DNA from: Macrostomum lignano
Taxonomy: Eukaryota
Assembly (NCBI GenBank): GCA_002269645.1
Contig: NIVC01000815.1
Coordinates: 361,902 to 425,901 of the forward strand
Direction: 5' to 3'
Length of the DNA stretch: 64,000 bases
Below the pieces are notes generated by a model. It did no database searches. It had not been told where the DNA came from and saw only the letters and a list, made by a program, of their open reading frames with translations. The position numbers were made by a program, and so were the translations under genes. The stretch's first letter is position 1. Each line of letters starts with the position of its first letter. This document shows, piece after piece, positions 63,385 through 64,000 of the stretch.

Positions 63385-63990
63385 GACAGAGAGATGAGTA
63401 GAGAAATGAGTAGACAGATGAGTAGACGGATAAGTAGAGAAATGAGTAGACAGATAAGTAGAGAGATGAGTAGACATATAAGTAGACAGAAAAGTAGACA
63501 GATGAGTAGACAGATAAGTAGAGAGTTGAGTAGACAGAAAAGTAGACAGATAAGTAGAGAGATGAGTAGAGATGAGTAGACAGATAAGTAGAGATGAGTA
63601 GAGAGATGAGTACGAGCCGTAGACAGGTAAGTAGAGAGATGAGTAGAGATGAGTAGACAGATAAGTAGAGAAATGAGTAGACAGATAAGTAGAGAGATGA
63701 GTAGGCATATAAGTAGACAGAAAAGTAGACAGATGAGTAGACAGATAAGTAGAGAGTTGAGTAGACAGAAAAGTAGACAGATAAGTAGAGAGATGAGTAG
63801 AGATGAGTAGACAGATAAGTAGAGATGAGTAGAGAGATGAGTACGAGCCGTAGACAGGTAAGTAGAGAGATGAGTAGAGATGAGTAGACAGATAAGTAGA
63901 GATGAGTAGAGAGATGAGTACGAGCCGTAGACAGGTAAGTAGAGAAATGAGTAGACAGATAAGTACTCGTATATATGAGTAGACAAATAA
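63385..63990. repeat. 12/24-bp repeat (gagtagacagat/aagtagagagat) upstream of RFC3
   Basis: Tandem degenerate 12-mers; they end just before a minus-strand acceptor-like ccacccctcag about 16 nt 5' of the RFC3 ATG. Confidence 0.93.
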
Positions 63991-64000
63991 GTCGGAGAGG

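Noticed and set aside
62102-63986. Long ORFs 62102..62662, 62143..62820, 63294..63986
   Set aside because: Translations of minisatellites in RFC3 intron 1 and upstream DNA.

Overview
Eukaryotic (metazoan) genomic DNA with GT-AG introns, GC-rich exons and introns largely filled by locus-specific minisatellites. This style suggests a free-living flatworm such as Macrostomum, but that is inference only. Gene models were reconstructed by hand from splice sites and phase: a ZAP/PARP12-like CCCH+WWE protein (5' end outside the window), an SLC17/VGLUT-like transporter, USE1, a protocadherin, RFC3, and a recent Ty3/Gypsy LTR element with two frameshifts. Two things stand out. (1) A single-exon gene at 45938-46213 encodes a signal peptide, an acidic propiece and an Arg/Trp-rich C-terminal peptide with a GK amidation signal. 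It is a candidate new antimicrobial peptide, and a truncated upstream duplicate is broken by a microsatellite. (2) An inverted pair of 7-exon paralogues of unknown function (23584->3605 minus; 33191->35828 plus) has 8- and 11-nt micro-exons. Their last intron carries the same 52-bp satellite, built from the exon end plus the splice donor, with 7 copies in one gene and about 300 copies (15.7 kb) in the other, next to a 133-bp near-identical tract that looks like gene conversion. All homology calls come from motif recognition; no database search was run.
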